A stretch of DNA of 64,000 bases from Mobula hypostoma (Eukaryota), in contig NC_086115.1 in assembly GCF_963921235.1 (NCBI RefSeq), forward strand, positions 35,278,001 to 35,342,000, given 5' to 3'. Each line of letters opens with the position of its first letter. The stretch's first letter is position 1. Below the pieces are notes generated by a model. It made no database searches. It saw only the letters and a program-made list of their open reading frames with translations, and was not told the origin of the DNA. Positions 12,130 to 24,319 of this stretch are shown piece after piece. A program made the position numbers and the translations under genes.

Positions 12130-12650
12130 TTCAGAATTTGGAGGTGCAGAAGGACTTGGGAGTCCTAGTGCAGGGTTCCCTAAAAGTTAACTTGAAAGTT
12201 GAGTCAGCAATAAGGCAAATGCAATATCAGTATTCATTTTGGGAGAACTAGAATATTAAAAAAAGGATGTATTGCTGAAGCTTTGTAAGGCATTGGGCAG
12301 ACCGCACTTGGGAGTATTATGAGCAGTTTTGGGCCCCATATTTAAGAAAGGATGTGCTGGCAATGCCTAAGGTACAGAGGAACATTTGATGGCTTTGGGC
12401 CTATGCTTTGCTGGAGTTTAGAAGAATGAGAGAAGATCTCATGGAAACCTACCAAATATTGAAAGACGTAGATAAGATGGACGTGGAGAGGATGTTTCCT
12501 ATTGTGAGTGAGTCTAGACCTGAGTGTACAATCTCAGAATAGAACCCTGCTGAACAGAGAAAAGGAGATATTTCTTTAGCCAACATGTAGTGAATCTGTG
12601 GAATTCATTGACACAGATGGCTGTGGAGGCCAAGTCATTGGATGTATTTC
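12130..12650 (+). mobile_element. Decayed CR1 3' fragment
   Basis: Nucleotide similarity to the CR1 3' ends at 7230-7875 and 57400-58090. Confidence 0.75.
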
Positions 12651-15223
12651 TCTACTAGTTTATGAAATTCTTGAATGTATTGTTGAAATCGTTCTATTAA
12701 AGACCCTGATACTTGTGTAGGAACTTGACTTAAAATTTCCAGCCTTTTTAACAATTCTCTTGTCTTTATGTGATTTATGGTGATTCCCAAGTCATCAATA
12801 ATAGAGAAGTCGGCACCTCAGTAATGCAGGAGAATGCAGCTCAGCGCAAAAAATAAGTCATTTGACTTCCTCCTGTTGCATATACACATGAATTACATGT
12901 TGTTGACTGTTGAAGGAGGAGATGAATTCTCCGTCTCCTTGGGGTAAGTACCTTTATGAACTTTTGAACTACAAACTGCAGTACAGTGTTAACTGGAGTG
13001 GGAGGCAGTGGGTTGGGTTTGCATTCTTAAAGAATGATCCAGTTCATGATTTTCCATAAAGTGAAGAAATGTCATATGTCAAGAAATGCAAGCTGAAAAA
13101 CATAGTTTTTGTGTTCAAATTATGTTTTAATTGACATGAGTGTTGTGAGAGTGAATTTTACTTTGTATGTCAAAATTTTGGGTTGTGATTTGTGAATTCT
13201 GCAGGGGTGAATCTCCAACACCCAAAGAGCTGTAACGCAGGAGTCACTCGTATGCGGAGTGTACCAGTGCCTGCTGCTTAGAATAAGCAGGCCAGGGCCA
13301 TAGTGAACTTCTTCCTTTGGCATAGTGATACAGTCATATGGTCTGTGGGGTTATTAGAGTCAAGTTCCTGGGAAAATCTTGGCCTTGGGACACATTGTTC
13401 CACCTGAGTGGAGATGGGAGCATTGCTCCTCAGACATAGACACTCTTGGAGAAAATGCCCTCCTGTTGAGTGCCCATCACCTGCTTCTTCAGCCTCTTCG
13501 GGCAAGAGTTTGCCTTTGGGTCCTCTCCACCTCATACTGATTTTGCTAGTGTCCCAGGAAGGTTCACCTTCAAAGCACCCATATTGAATAAATAATATAT
13601 TTTTTTTTCCTCAATGAATGGAGAAATGATCCATGCCCCAGCAGTGCCACTGTTCAACACTCTAGACATCTGTTCTACTCAGCTCTCAGTCTCAAATGTG
13701 TGTGGCACATTACCACCTTATAATATGCATTTTGTGCATGATGTATAGAGCACTGAGCATTTCAATTTCACCTCTTTTGTGAGATGAGCACTATTCATAG
13801 AAAGATTACAAAAGAAATGCCAACCATCTGGTCTGTGAAATCTATGTTGGTTTCATGCAAAGGCAATCTAGATGTTCCTCCATGATCAGCATGTCCTCTT
13901 TCCATAACCCTACAGATTCTTTCATTTTTGTTACTTAATGCAACTCCCTTCTGTATGATACAATTGAATCTACCTCCACTACCTGGCATTTCAACTCTCA
14001 AATCAAAATCAGGTTTAATATCACTGAGATATGTTGTGAAATCTGTTGTTTTGCAGCAGGCGTGGGAGCTTGAGGGTACAATGCAGAATCCTTGCTATTC
14101 CTGGTAGTGCGCTCTTCCGGACTGAGATCTCAGAAGTTGTTCCCAGGATTTGTTGGAGCCATTCTCCCAGTTCAGGTGTCACAACTCCAAGTGCTCTTAT
14201 TACCACCGGGATTCTCTGGCTTTAACCTTCCGCATCCTTTCTATCTACTCATTCAAGCCCTGGTATTTCTCCAGCTTCTCATATATTTTCTTTCTTCCTG
14301 ATGTTGCCAACATTCGGGATTGCTACATCTATTACTATGGCTTTCTTCTGTTCCTTGTCCAGTATTACTATGTCTGGTTGGCTGGCTAGTACCTGCTTAG
14401 CAGTCTGTATTTGGAAGTCTCACAGGATCTTCGCTCTGTCATTCTCCAGTACCTTCTTGGGTGTTTCCCATTTGGACTTGGGAGTGTGCAATCCATTCTC
14501 AATGTAGATGTTCCTGTACACAATTCCTGCAACTTGGTTTTGCCGTTCAGTGTACGTTGTCCGTACCTCTACTTTGCACCCTGTTACTATGTGTTGGATG
14601 GTTTCAGCAGGTTCCTTGCACAGTCTGCATCTTGAGTCTTGTCTGGTGTGATGGATGCCTGCTTCTATTACTCTTGTCCTCGGTGCCTGCTCTTGTGCAG
14701 CCACGAGCAGTACCTCTGTGCTGTCCCTCAGCCCTGCCACTTCCAGCCATTGGTAAGACTTTCTCAAGTCAGCCACCTCTGATACCTGGCGCCAGTACAA
14801 CCTCTGCAGTGGCTTGTCCTGCCATGGCCTCTGGTCCTCTGGCTCCACTTCACACATTTCTATTTACATGTCCCTTGCCTGCTGTCTGAGGTATTCTCCT
14901 AGCAGGTCATCCTTAGGGATGGTCTTCCTGACATACTCATGGATGCTTTGCATTTCTTCCAGGACTGTGACCCCAACACTTCCTTTATTCTCCTTTATTC
15001 CTCCTTTATCCAACATCCTCCTTTATTCTGGCAGGTGTACAGTGGTTCCATGTTGGAATTTGGGTGGAATCCTCCATATGCTCTGAGTAGTTTCCGTGTC
15101 TTGATGTCATCAGCTTTCAGTTCATTCCATGGCCAGCACACTATTGCTGCTGAGTATCTGGAGACTGGTAGGTTAAATGGCTCTGATCTTGTTCTTCCCA
15201 TTCAGCTGGCTTTTTAGGACCTA

Positions 15224-15448
15224 GCAACACACACAAAATGCTGGTGAACGCAGCAGACCAGGCAGCATCTCTAGGAAGAGGTACAGTCGATGTTTCGGGC
15301 CGAGACCCTTCATAGTCCTGACGAAGGGTCTCGGCCTGAAACGTCGACTGTACCTCTTCCCAGAGATGCTGCCTGGCCTGCTGCGTTCACCAGCATTTTG
15401 TGTGTGTTGCTTGTAATTCCACCATCTGCAGATTTCCTTGTGTTTGCG
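15224..15448. mobile_element. Fold-back Penelope-terminus element
   Basis: Inverted arms about ~15313; 13-bp TSD TTTTTAGGACCTA at 15211-15223 and 15449-15461. Confidence 0.9.
15314..15349 (+). ncRNA. Minimal type I hammerhead ribozyme motif
   Basis: AGTC-CTGACGA-A-GGG-TCTCGG-CCT-GAAA-CGTC/GACT. Confidence 0.78.
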
Positions 15449-16435
15449 TTTTTAGGACCTATCTCACTCTTTGAAGGTACTTGGATGTTGCAGCCTTTCC
15501 TGTGTCCTCATTATGGCTTCCATACACCTGCAGGATCCCCAGGTATTTGTAGCTGTCCTGTACATCTGGTATGTAGCCTTCAGATAACTTGATTCCTTCA
15601 GTCTTGATGAATTTGCCTCTTTTCACTACCATCCTGCAACTTTTTTCGATCCTGTACAGTGGCTTCTCTATACCAGACAATGATGCAACCAGTTAAAATG
15701 CTCACCAAGATATATCTCTGGAAATTTGCTAAAATCTTTGGTAATATACCAAGTCTCCTCAAGCTCCAAATGAAGTATAGCTGCTTTGGTGCCTTCTTTG
15801 TAATTGCATCAATATGTTGGGCCCAGGATAGATCTTCAAAGATGTTGACACCCACTGCTCATCCTTTCCACTGCTGATCCTTCGATGAGGACTGCTATGT
15901 GTTCTCTTGACTTTCCCTTCCTGAAGTCCACAATTAATTATTTGACCTTTCTGACATTTGAGTGCATGGTTGTTTTTGCACACCACTTAAACAGCTGAAC
16001 TATCTCACTCTTGTACACTTACTTGGCACCATCTGAAATTCTGCCAACAATAGTTGTGTCATTGGTAAGTTTATAAATGGCATTTGTGCTGTGCCTAGCC
16101 TCACAGTCATGGTGTAAAGAGTGTAGAACAGTGAGCTAAGCACACATCTTTGAGGTGTACTATTGTTGATTGTCAGCGGGGAGATGTTATTTCTGATCGA
16201 CTCTGAATGTCATCTCTCAATGAGATAGTCAAGGATCCAGTTGCAGAGGGAGGTAGCTCTGGTTTTGTAGCTAGTTGATTAGTACTGAGTTGTTGAATGC
16301 TAAGCTGTATTTGATAAACTGCAGCCGAGTGTAGGTATTGCTATTGAACAGTTGATCCAGGACCGAATAGAGCCAAAGAGATTGTATCTGCTGTCAACCT
16401 CCTGTGGGGATAGGCAAATTGCAATGGATCCAGGC

Positions 16436-17023
16436 CTTGTAAGACAGCGACTATATTTCATTAGGAGTCTGAAGAGATTAGGTATGTCAACAAATACACT
16501 CAAAAACTTCTATAGATGTACCATGGCGAGCATACTGACAGGCTGCATCACTGTCTGGTATGGGGGACCGGAAGAAGCTGTAGAGGGTTATAAATTTAGT
16601 CGGCTCCATCTTGGGTGCTAGTCTACAAAGTACCCAGAGCATCTTCAAGGAGTGGTGTCCTAGAAAGGCAGCTTCCATTATTAAGGACCTCCAGCACCCA
16701 GAGAATGCCCTTTTCTCACTGTTACCATCAGGAAGCAGATACAGAAGCCTGAAAGCACACACTCAGTGATTCAGGAACAGCTTCTTCCCCTCTGTCATCC
16801 AATTCCTAAATGGACATTGAACCCTTGAACACTACCTCATTTTTAAAATATATATTATTTCTGTTTTTTGCATGATTTTTAATCTATTCAATATATGTAT
16901 ACTGTAATTGATGTGCTGATTTATTTCTTTTTCTCATCTATACTATGTATTGCATTGAACTGCTGCTGCTATGTTAACAAATATCATGACACATGTCTAT
17001 GATAATAAACCTGATTCTGATTC
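16436..17023 (+). mobile_element. Rex1/Babar-type 3' end
   Basis: RQRLYFIRSLKRLGM..FYRCTMASILTGCITVWYG; AATAAA then (CTGATT)n tail. Confidence 0.85.
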
Positions 17024-17212
17024 TTAGTGCAACTGGGCAATAGTCATTGAGCAGCTCACCCTGCCCTTCTTGGGCACTGGTATGATTGTTGCCCTTTTGA
17101 AGCAGTGGGAACCTCTGTCTACAGTAGTGAGGGATTGAAAATGTCCTTGAACACTCCCGTTAGTTGGTATGCTCAGGTCTTCAGTGTCTTACCAGGTACT
17201 CCATCAGTGCCT

Positions 17213-17785
17213 CGTAAACACAAAATAATCTGCAGATGCTGGGGTCAAAGCAACACTCACAACATGCTGGAGGAACTCAGCAGGTCGGGCAGCATCCGTG
17301 GAAATGATGAGTCGACGTTTCGGGCCGGAATCCTTCATCAGGACTGAAGAGGGAAGGGGCAGAGGCCCTATAAAGACGGTGGGGGAGGCTGGTAGGTTCC
17401 AGGTGAAAAACCAGTAAGGGGAAAGATAACGGGGTGGGGGTGGGGAGGCAGGGAGGTGATAGGCAGGAAAGGTGAAGAAGGAATAGGGGAAAACACAATG
17501 GGTAGTAGAAGTAGTATGGGTAGTAGTCCTTCTACTACCCATTGTTTTCCCTTATTCCTTCTTCACCTTTCCTGTCTATCACCTCCCTGCTTCCCCTCCC
17601 CCACCCCTTTATCTTTCCCCTTACTGGTTTTTCACCTGGAACCTACCAGCCTCCCCCACCGTCTTTATAGGGCCTCTGCCCCTTCCCTCTTCAGTCCTGA
17701 TGAAGGGTTCCGGCCGGAAACGTCGACTCATTGTTTCCACGGATGTTGCCCGACCTGCTGAATTCCTCCAGCGTGTTGTGAGTGT
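17213..17785. mobile_element. Long fold-back Penelope-terminus element (~260-bp near-perfect arms) with a hammerhead motif on each strand
   Basis: Arms ~17252-17510 and ~17530-17786; minus motif 17310-17346, plus motif 17692-17728; imperfect 16-bp TSD 17197-17212 / 17786-17801. Confidence 0.9.
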
Positions 17786-18899
17786 TACTCCACCAGCGCC
17801 TGATGCCTTGCAAGTCTTCACCCTCTTGAAAGCTCTTCTAGTTTCGGCCTCCAAGACAGGGTCACCAGATGCTCCAGGAATTCACACAGGTGTGGTTTTA
17901 TTCTCCCTTTCAAACTGTGCATAAAAGGCATTCAGCTCATCTGGGAGTGAAACATTACGGCCAGTCATGATGTTAGGTTTTGCCTTGTCGGAGGTAATGG
18001 CCTGTAATCCCTGCCAGAGCTGATGAGCATGTGCTTCCACCTCTAACCGATCAGAATCAGCTTTTCACTCTTAAAATAGCCATTTGTAGGTTGCACCTGG
18101 ACTTCCTGTATAATTCTGGATCACTGGTCTAGAAGGCCACGGATTTACACTATGCACACTATGACTCTCCTGGTTTATCCACGGCTTTTGTTTTGGGTAT
18201 GTTCAACATATTGCAAGATTTCCATTGTGAAGCATAACTTAAACTGCATTCAAATTGAGATGCAAATTTGTAAAAAACACATGCTGCATAATTGCTGCTT
18301 CCTCCACTGTGTTGTTGACATCCAGACCTTTTCAACCCTTACCCAAACTTTTGTTACATCATACTGTACAGTCTAATACTTGTTAATGTACAGTTTAATA
18401 CTCTTCCTTGCCATATGTTCATCCATGTTAAATACCATTTGGCACTCAGTAACCTGTCATTGCAATTAATTCATGGCCCCATTTTATTTACTCTAATTTA
18501 AAAGTTGCAACAGTTTGTTAACAATAAACCCAGCCAGCTCCTGTCCACAACTGCAGATCCTGTGGCAACCCTTTAATGTCCCTGTTAAAGCAGCTCCATA
18601 TGGAACAATTCTTTGCTTTATCTGGTTGAGTCAAACTCTAATTATAATCTGTATTTCACCTTCCATTCTATGTCTCCCTATCTTGTGGATTAATCACATA
18701 TTCTGAGTATCAGAAAGTAGATGAAACCCAAACCTCTAAAATACAGAAAATTTGTCTTGTCAAAATAGCCTGTCATTTTCTTGGAAAAAAATCTTAAAAG
18801 TTTACTGTAAGAAGATTGCCTTCCCCAGTGTGCACACTGAACCTTTTTGTTTAAAAACATCTTTCAGGGTATCTTTCAAATCATTTTCCACCCACCAAT

Positions 18900-19430
18900 G
18901 TCAATGTTCAATGGATATCTTTGCAATTCTTGTTACCTTCACCAGCATTCCAGCACAGACACATATCACCTTCTGCTCTTCCTTCGCTTTGTTGGGAGAA
19001 TATTCCCCTTACAATTCACTGGGCCTCTTCTCATTCTTACTTTTCCAGACAACAGCAGGAGTTGCCACAGCTGTATTTTTACCTCTTCCCTTTCCACCAT
19101 CTAGGCACTCAAACAATCTTTCCAATTGGTGCACTGACTTATTTGCACTTCTTTCAATCTCACGTCCTGCTTCAATATTCATAATGCAGTCCCTCTACAT
19201 TTGGGAACGTGGATTGCGGAAGTGACTGCGAGTACCCTGTTGCCTGCCACTTTAATTCTCCGTGCCTCTCGCACTCTGACCTTTCTGCCTGTGGCCTTCC
19301 CCATTGTCAAAACAAAACCCATAACAAAGCTTGAGGAACAGCAAATTATCTTCTATCTGGGCATGTTGCACCCCTCTGGACTCGATATCAAATTGTACAA
19401 CTTCTGGTAATTTGCTCTCTCTGTATCTGA
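18900..19430 (+). mobile_element. Decayed Penelope-like element (endonuclease C-terminal region)
   Basis: KLEEQQIIFYLGMLHPSGLDIKLYNF in ORF 19201..19410. Confidence 0.7.
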
Positions 19431-19512
19431 ACTGGTCATTTCTACTGTAAGGCACCTATTTGTCATATAGGGTCAGTATTCTCTCTCCATTATAGCAGCC
19501 ACTCCTGCTGCA

Positions 19513-20580
19513 TATAAATAGATACTTTATTGAACTCAAAGGAAATTACAGTGTCACAGTAGCATTATAAGTGCACAGATATATAAATACTAGAAGAGAA
19601 GGAAGAAAGAATAAAAAATGAGTTACCTCTAACAGTCTAACAGGAGGGGGTCATCACTTCCCCGGCTATAGATTGACTCATTATAGAGCCTAATGGCTGA
19701 GGGTAAGAATGACCTCAGACAGCGCTCATTGGAGCAGTGTGGTTGTCTTAGTCTATTACTAAAAGTGCTTCTCTGTTAGCCAAGGTGGCATGTGGAGGGT
19801 GAGAAACATTGTCCAGAATTGCCGGGATTTTCTGTAGGGTCCTTTGTTCTACCACAGCCTCTAGTGGCCTACAGAATTTCATTTTGAAAGTTCGTTTGCC
19901 TTCTCACTCTGTAAATATGCCTATTTCATAGTTTTTTTTTCATTGTCTCTTGCTCTTACTGCCCATGTTAACCTGTCCACTAGATAATCTCTACAATTTA
20001 TCTGCATGACAAGCACCGTTTCCCACCTTCAAGGGTATTTCCTTTGCTTTTTAATCCCCCCCTCTTCTTCCCTGCAATATACAGCTATCTCATTTTCTCT
20101 CTTTCCCAATTCTAATAAACAGACTTTGACCTGAAATGTTATGTTCTCTTCCAGCATTTTCTGTTCTTGTTTAAGATTTCTAATATCAAAGTTCAAAGGA
20201 CAATTTATGATCAAAGTATATACAGTATATGGCACCTTGAGATTCATTTTCTTGCGGGCATTCACAAAAACAAGGAAATACAATAGGATCAATGAAAAAC
20301 TGCACAAAGACAAACAACTCATCTGCAAAAGAAGAGAAACTGTGCAAATAAAAAAAATAAACAACTAATATTGAGAACGTGAGTTGTAGAGTCCTTGAAA
20401 GTGAGTCTATAGGTTGTGGAGTCAGTTCAGCGTTGAGGTGAATGAGATTATCCACGGTGGTTCAGGAGCCAGATGGCTGTAGGGTAATAACTGTTTTTGA
20501 ACCTAGTGGTGTTGGATATTAGGCCTTCTGCCCAATGTCAGCAGTGAGAGGACAGCATACCCTGGAATGTGGTGGTGCAA
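19513..20580 (-). mobile_element. Two LINE 3'-end fragments of Rex1/Babar type (19513-19865; 20186-20580)
   Basis: The second resembles the 3'UTRs at 38913 and 61065 and has an (AAAGTTC)n tail at 20187; the family of the first is less certain. Confidence 0.6.
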
Positions 20581-20974
20581 GCTTTTTTGATTTTCCTTAT
20601 AAATCTCAGCTTGCAATGGGTGCAGGTAACTCACTAACCTGTAGTTTCCTGTATTATGCCACTTTAAATCCTCTAATATTATCCTCCCTCTATTGATTCC
20701 TTAAACAGATTGGCAAAGTTGTGAATAATTTGATAGTCTCTTATTGTGAAGCACAATAAAACCTTGTTTCCATATACATTAATAGTCTGTAATGATGGAT
20801 TTAATGAGAAAGATAACATCATCTTCACATTTGTCACTATGGATTCTTCTAAAATCCATGTCTAATCTAAGGTATATTAACAAATAACTTGCAGCTGGAA
20901 CTTAGAGACAATACATTGGAACTATACAGCCAACTATATCTATACCACCATCAGGTACTTGTTCCAGAGTTGTA

Positions 20975-21640
20975 TAAAGTCATAGAGTCATTCAGAATGG
21001 AAAGGGACCCTTTGCTTGATTGATTCATGTGACCAAGATTCCCATCTAAGCTAATCCCATTTGCCTGCTTTTTGGTCATATCCTTCTAAACCTTTCCTAT
21101 CCTTGTAACTGTCCAAATGCCCTTTAAATGTTGCTAATGCTTCAACCATTTCTGCTGGCAGCTCATTCTGTGTACTGAGCACCCTCTGGATGAAGAAGTT
21201 GCTCTCAGGTTCCTAATAAAACCCCCTCTTGCATTAAACCAACGCCCTCTGGTCTCGATTCTCCAACCCTGGGAAAAAGACAGAGTGTATTGGCCCTATC
21301 CATGTTCCTCATCTTTTTGTGCCTTCGTGATCAAATGTTTGTCTCGATACTTTTCAGTGTTGCAAGAATACTTGCCTCTACCACACATTAAGGCTCTGCA
21401 TTCCAAATTTCAACCACCCTCTTGGGTCTAAACCATTTAATCTTAGCTTAAACTTCTACTGTCCAGCTTTACAGTCCTTTGCTAGAGAGAAATGTCCTAC
21501 TGTCTATGCATCTCATAATATTGTATCCCTCTATTGGTTTGCCCTTCACCATCCTTGACTCCAAGAGAAACAAAGCCAGCCTATCCAGTGTTTCCTCGAG
21601 CTATAATGCTGTTTCACTAATTGCAATGGCACCTTCGTAA
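20975..21640 (-). mobile_element. Decayed CR1 3' fragments
   Basis: Similarity to other CR1 3'UTRs (ggcagctcattc..accctctg..gaagaagttg). Confidence 0.65.
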
Positions 21641-21799
21641 AGTGTTTTAAATGCCCCCATTGCCTTGGATATTGGTAACATGGGGCACATGTGACTATAA
21701 ACTGAATTAATCACAATGAATCTAGTTACAAAATCTCTGTTGATTTTCAGTTACTTCTTTATTAAAGTTGATTTTAATTTTAAGTTATTACAACTACTT

Positions 21800-22320
21800 A
21801 TATAAAAGTGGAAAGTATTCTGATCGATGTCATCATGGTCTGCTACGGCACTTCAAATGTACAGGAATGTAAAAATCCGCAGAGAGTGGTCGACTTAGCC
21901 CAGTATTTCATGGGTACATTTCTCTTCACCACCAGTAGTATCCACATGAATGTTGCGTCAAGAGGCAACATATCTCATCGAAGATCCCCACCATCTGGGT
22001 CATGCCATCTTGCAGCAGCTATCATTGGGCAGGAGGTACAGAAGCCCGAAGTCCCACACCACCAGGTTTAAGAACAGATACTGCAATCATTCAGTTCTTG
22101 AACCAAGTTGTACTACCACAGTATGTAACCACTTTGCACTACAATGTTCTGTTTTGTTCTAATTGTGTTCTTTCCTATAAAAATTGGGTATAATTTATAA
22201 CTATCTTTTTCTTGTGAATGTACTTATCTGATGCTATACACCTGTGCTGCTGCCGAAAGCAAGCTTTTCATTGCATCTATGCATACTTGTGCGTGTGACA
22301 ATAAACCCAGAGTTGACTGT
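21800..22320 (+). mobile_element. Rex1/Babar-type 3' end
   Basis: ESILI..VCYG; IEDPHHLGH..GRRYRS. Confidence 0.75.
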
Positions 22321-22889
22321 TGATCTTTTCTTTTTTCTCAGTGTCATATGTATTTATATGCTATCTTTGTGCTATCCAAATTGATTTCCATCATCAGTTT
22401 TAGTAATAGTAATACTTTGGCTAATTGTTAAGGGAATAATGTCATTATATGATTTAATTATTAGATCTTGATATCATTCTCAGTCTGTAGTATTTATGAT
22501 GTTTTCCCCTGCTGCTCCTGAGAAGACAATAACAACCCTTCTCTTCATTGCTCCTACAAAACTTTTAAGCAAAGAGCTACAGATTTTGTCCCATGATAAT
22601 TAAGAAATAGCAAATATATTCAAGTTGGACCAATATGCATTTAACTAGTCGTGCTCACAAACTCCGATTGCTCTTATCTTTTAAAAGTGGTGTGTTTTCT
22701 AAGAATTTTTCAAGAAAATGTAGGCAAGCTTCTGCTACAAGCAAAAAGTAGATAGCACATACAGTATATAACTGATATGGAGGGGTAGATATTTGAACAA
22801 AATGCCAATCCGTGTTGATTTCTTCTGCAAAGTTATTGTACCTGTAACCAGCCAGGTAAGTGGATGATATTTCTGATTTGTGCCAATGG

Positions 22890-23125
22890 AACTTCACTAT
22901 GGATGGTCCCAAGACCAGATGCAAAAGGAGGAGGGTTTGGCATTGGGTGAGCAACCCCATCCTGTAAAAACACAGAGCTACAGAAATGCCAACAGAAGAT
23001 CCAAATACCTCATCCCTGGGAGAGAAAGGGTCTTCAGAGATGAGCGATACCTGGGGACAACCTGAAAAACTGGCCCAGGACAGAGGACTCCAGTGGACTG
23101 CTTTTGCCACCACTAAATAAGCTAA
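22890..23125 (+). mobile_element. Probable internally deleted RTE-derived element (5' head joined to 3' end)
   Basis: ggaggaggg..gcaaccccatcctgtaaaaa head followed by ctggcccaggacagaggactc 3'-type motif; recognised by pattern only. Confidence 0.45.
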
Positions 23126-24319
23126 CAGAGATAGTGAATATGCTTTCTCATAAAATGGGCCACTTACTATAGTTTACCTAGTCTTTGATTGATTGATAGC
23201 TGGGATCTATATGTAATTATCCAAGTTGATGTTGATGATGAAGGACTTTCCAATAATAATGTCATTATATATCAAAAGAAGATTCTTAGACATTGTCTGC
23301 TTGGAGTTGATCATTGCCTGGTACTATTTGTGCTGGTACTATTTTACAGGTACTATGTGACTCTCCATCCTAAGCCAGGATATTATCCAGGGTTTTTTAC
23401 TTGTGATCACAAAGTGTTTTATCATCTAAGAAATTGCGTATGGAATTGAAGATTGTGCAATCACCAAAGAACATTTCAAATTATTATAATTATTATTAAT
23501 ATGTCTTACGATAAAATTATTAAATACGTCTTGGCCTACACATTTTTACAGAGCAAAGATGAATGAATTCCAATCACCACAATAACTTTGTTCACATCAG
23601 CTTCAAAATTCATAGGAATGCTGAAATAATTTATGAGCTTGAGTGGTCTTAGTAGAGCTAACTGACCAGTGGTGAACATTTTTTGTCTGGGATTGTTTGA
23701 TAGCACTGTGTTAAACTTCTTCAAACCTATTTGGCATTTCCTGATAAATTCTAATTATCAGATTGCATTTATCTTGCATTTTTCCCCTCTATTTTTCAAT
23801 AAGATGCCAGGAGCTATACTGTAGTAGCTTAGTCAGGAATGTGACTTGTTCTGTGCCACATCTCTAATTCTGTTTGGTCCCTTTGATTTTGCTGTGTCCT
23901 GTGCACTCAGTCAATTCTTGATGTTTTGTGGAGTGAATCAAATTAGCTGAAAACCGGTAGTGGTCCTCAGCAGCAGGACAAGAAAAATAATTTATTGTTG
24001 TTTTTGGCTGAGGACAGCTGTAAATGCTTTTGGCCTTTGCTTTGCAGCTACATTCTTAAAGCAGTGACACATTTACAGCATTCCCATAGATCATTAAAGT
24101 GAAAATCTCGCCACGTAATCCCTATAACAGCATTAAGTGACAGCTAGGCAACCATGATGATGAAGTAATTATAAGAAATCTACCTTACCGTGGTTGTGAT
24201 TCATTACAAACGTCAAACTACTATGAGAGCATTGCAATTAAATAAAATAATCAAAGTGCAGGAAAACTGCAGGACTTGAGAAAGGATCTGTGGTGAGAGA
24301 CAGAAGAATTAATGACTAA

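Larger units (their letters stand above)
14060..15650 (-). mobile_element. R4/Dong-like non-LTR retrotransposon with restriction-like endonuclease (RT end, CCHC knuckle, RLE), disrupted
   Basis: DSYKYLGI; AAQEQA..SRCRLCKEPAETIQHIVTGC..RQNQVAGIVY..ENDRAKIL; VIRALGVV..SALPGIARIL. Confidence 0.85.
15651..18200 (-). mobile_element. Rex1/Babar-type element fragments (minus), interrupted by a plus-strand copy and a fold-back element
   Basis: LSWAQHIDAITKK..QLYFIWSLRRLG..SILTGCIIVWY (15598..15855); KASGAGGV motif split at the 17213 insertion. Confidence 0.75.

Noticed and set aside
13200-13570. GC-richer stretch with ORF 13278..13535(-)
   Set aside because: No convincing splice pair or domain; more likely an old TE remnant
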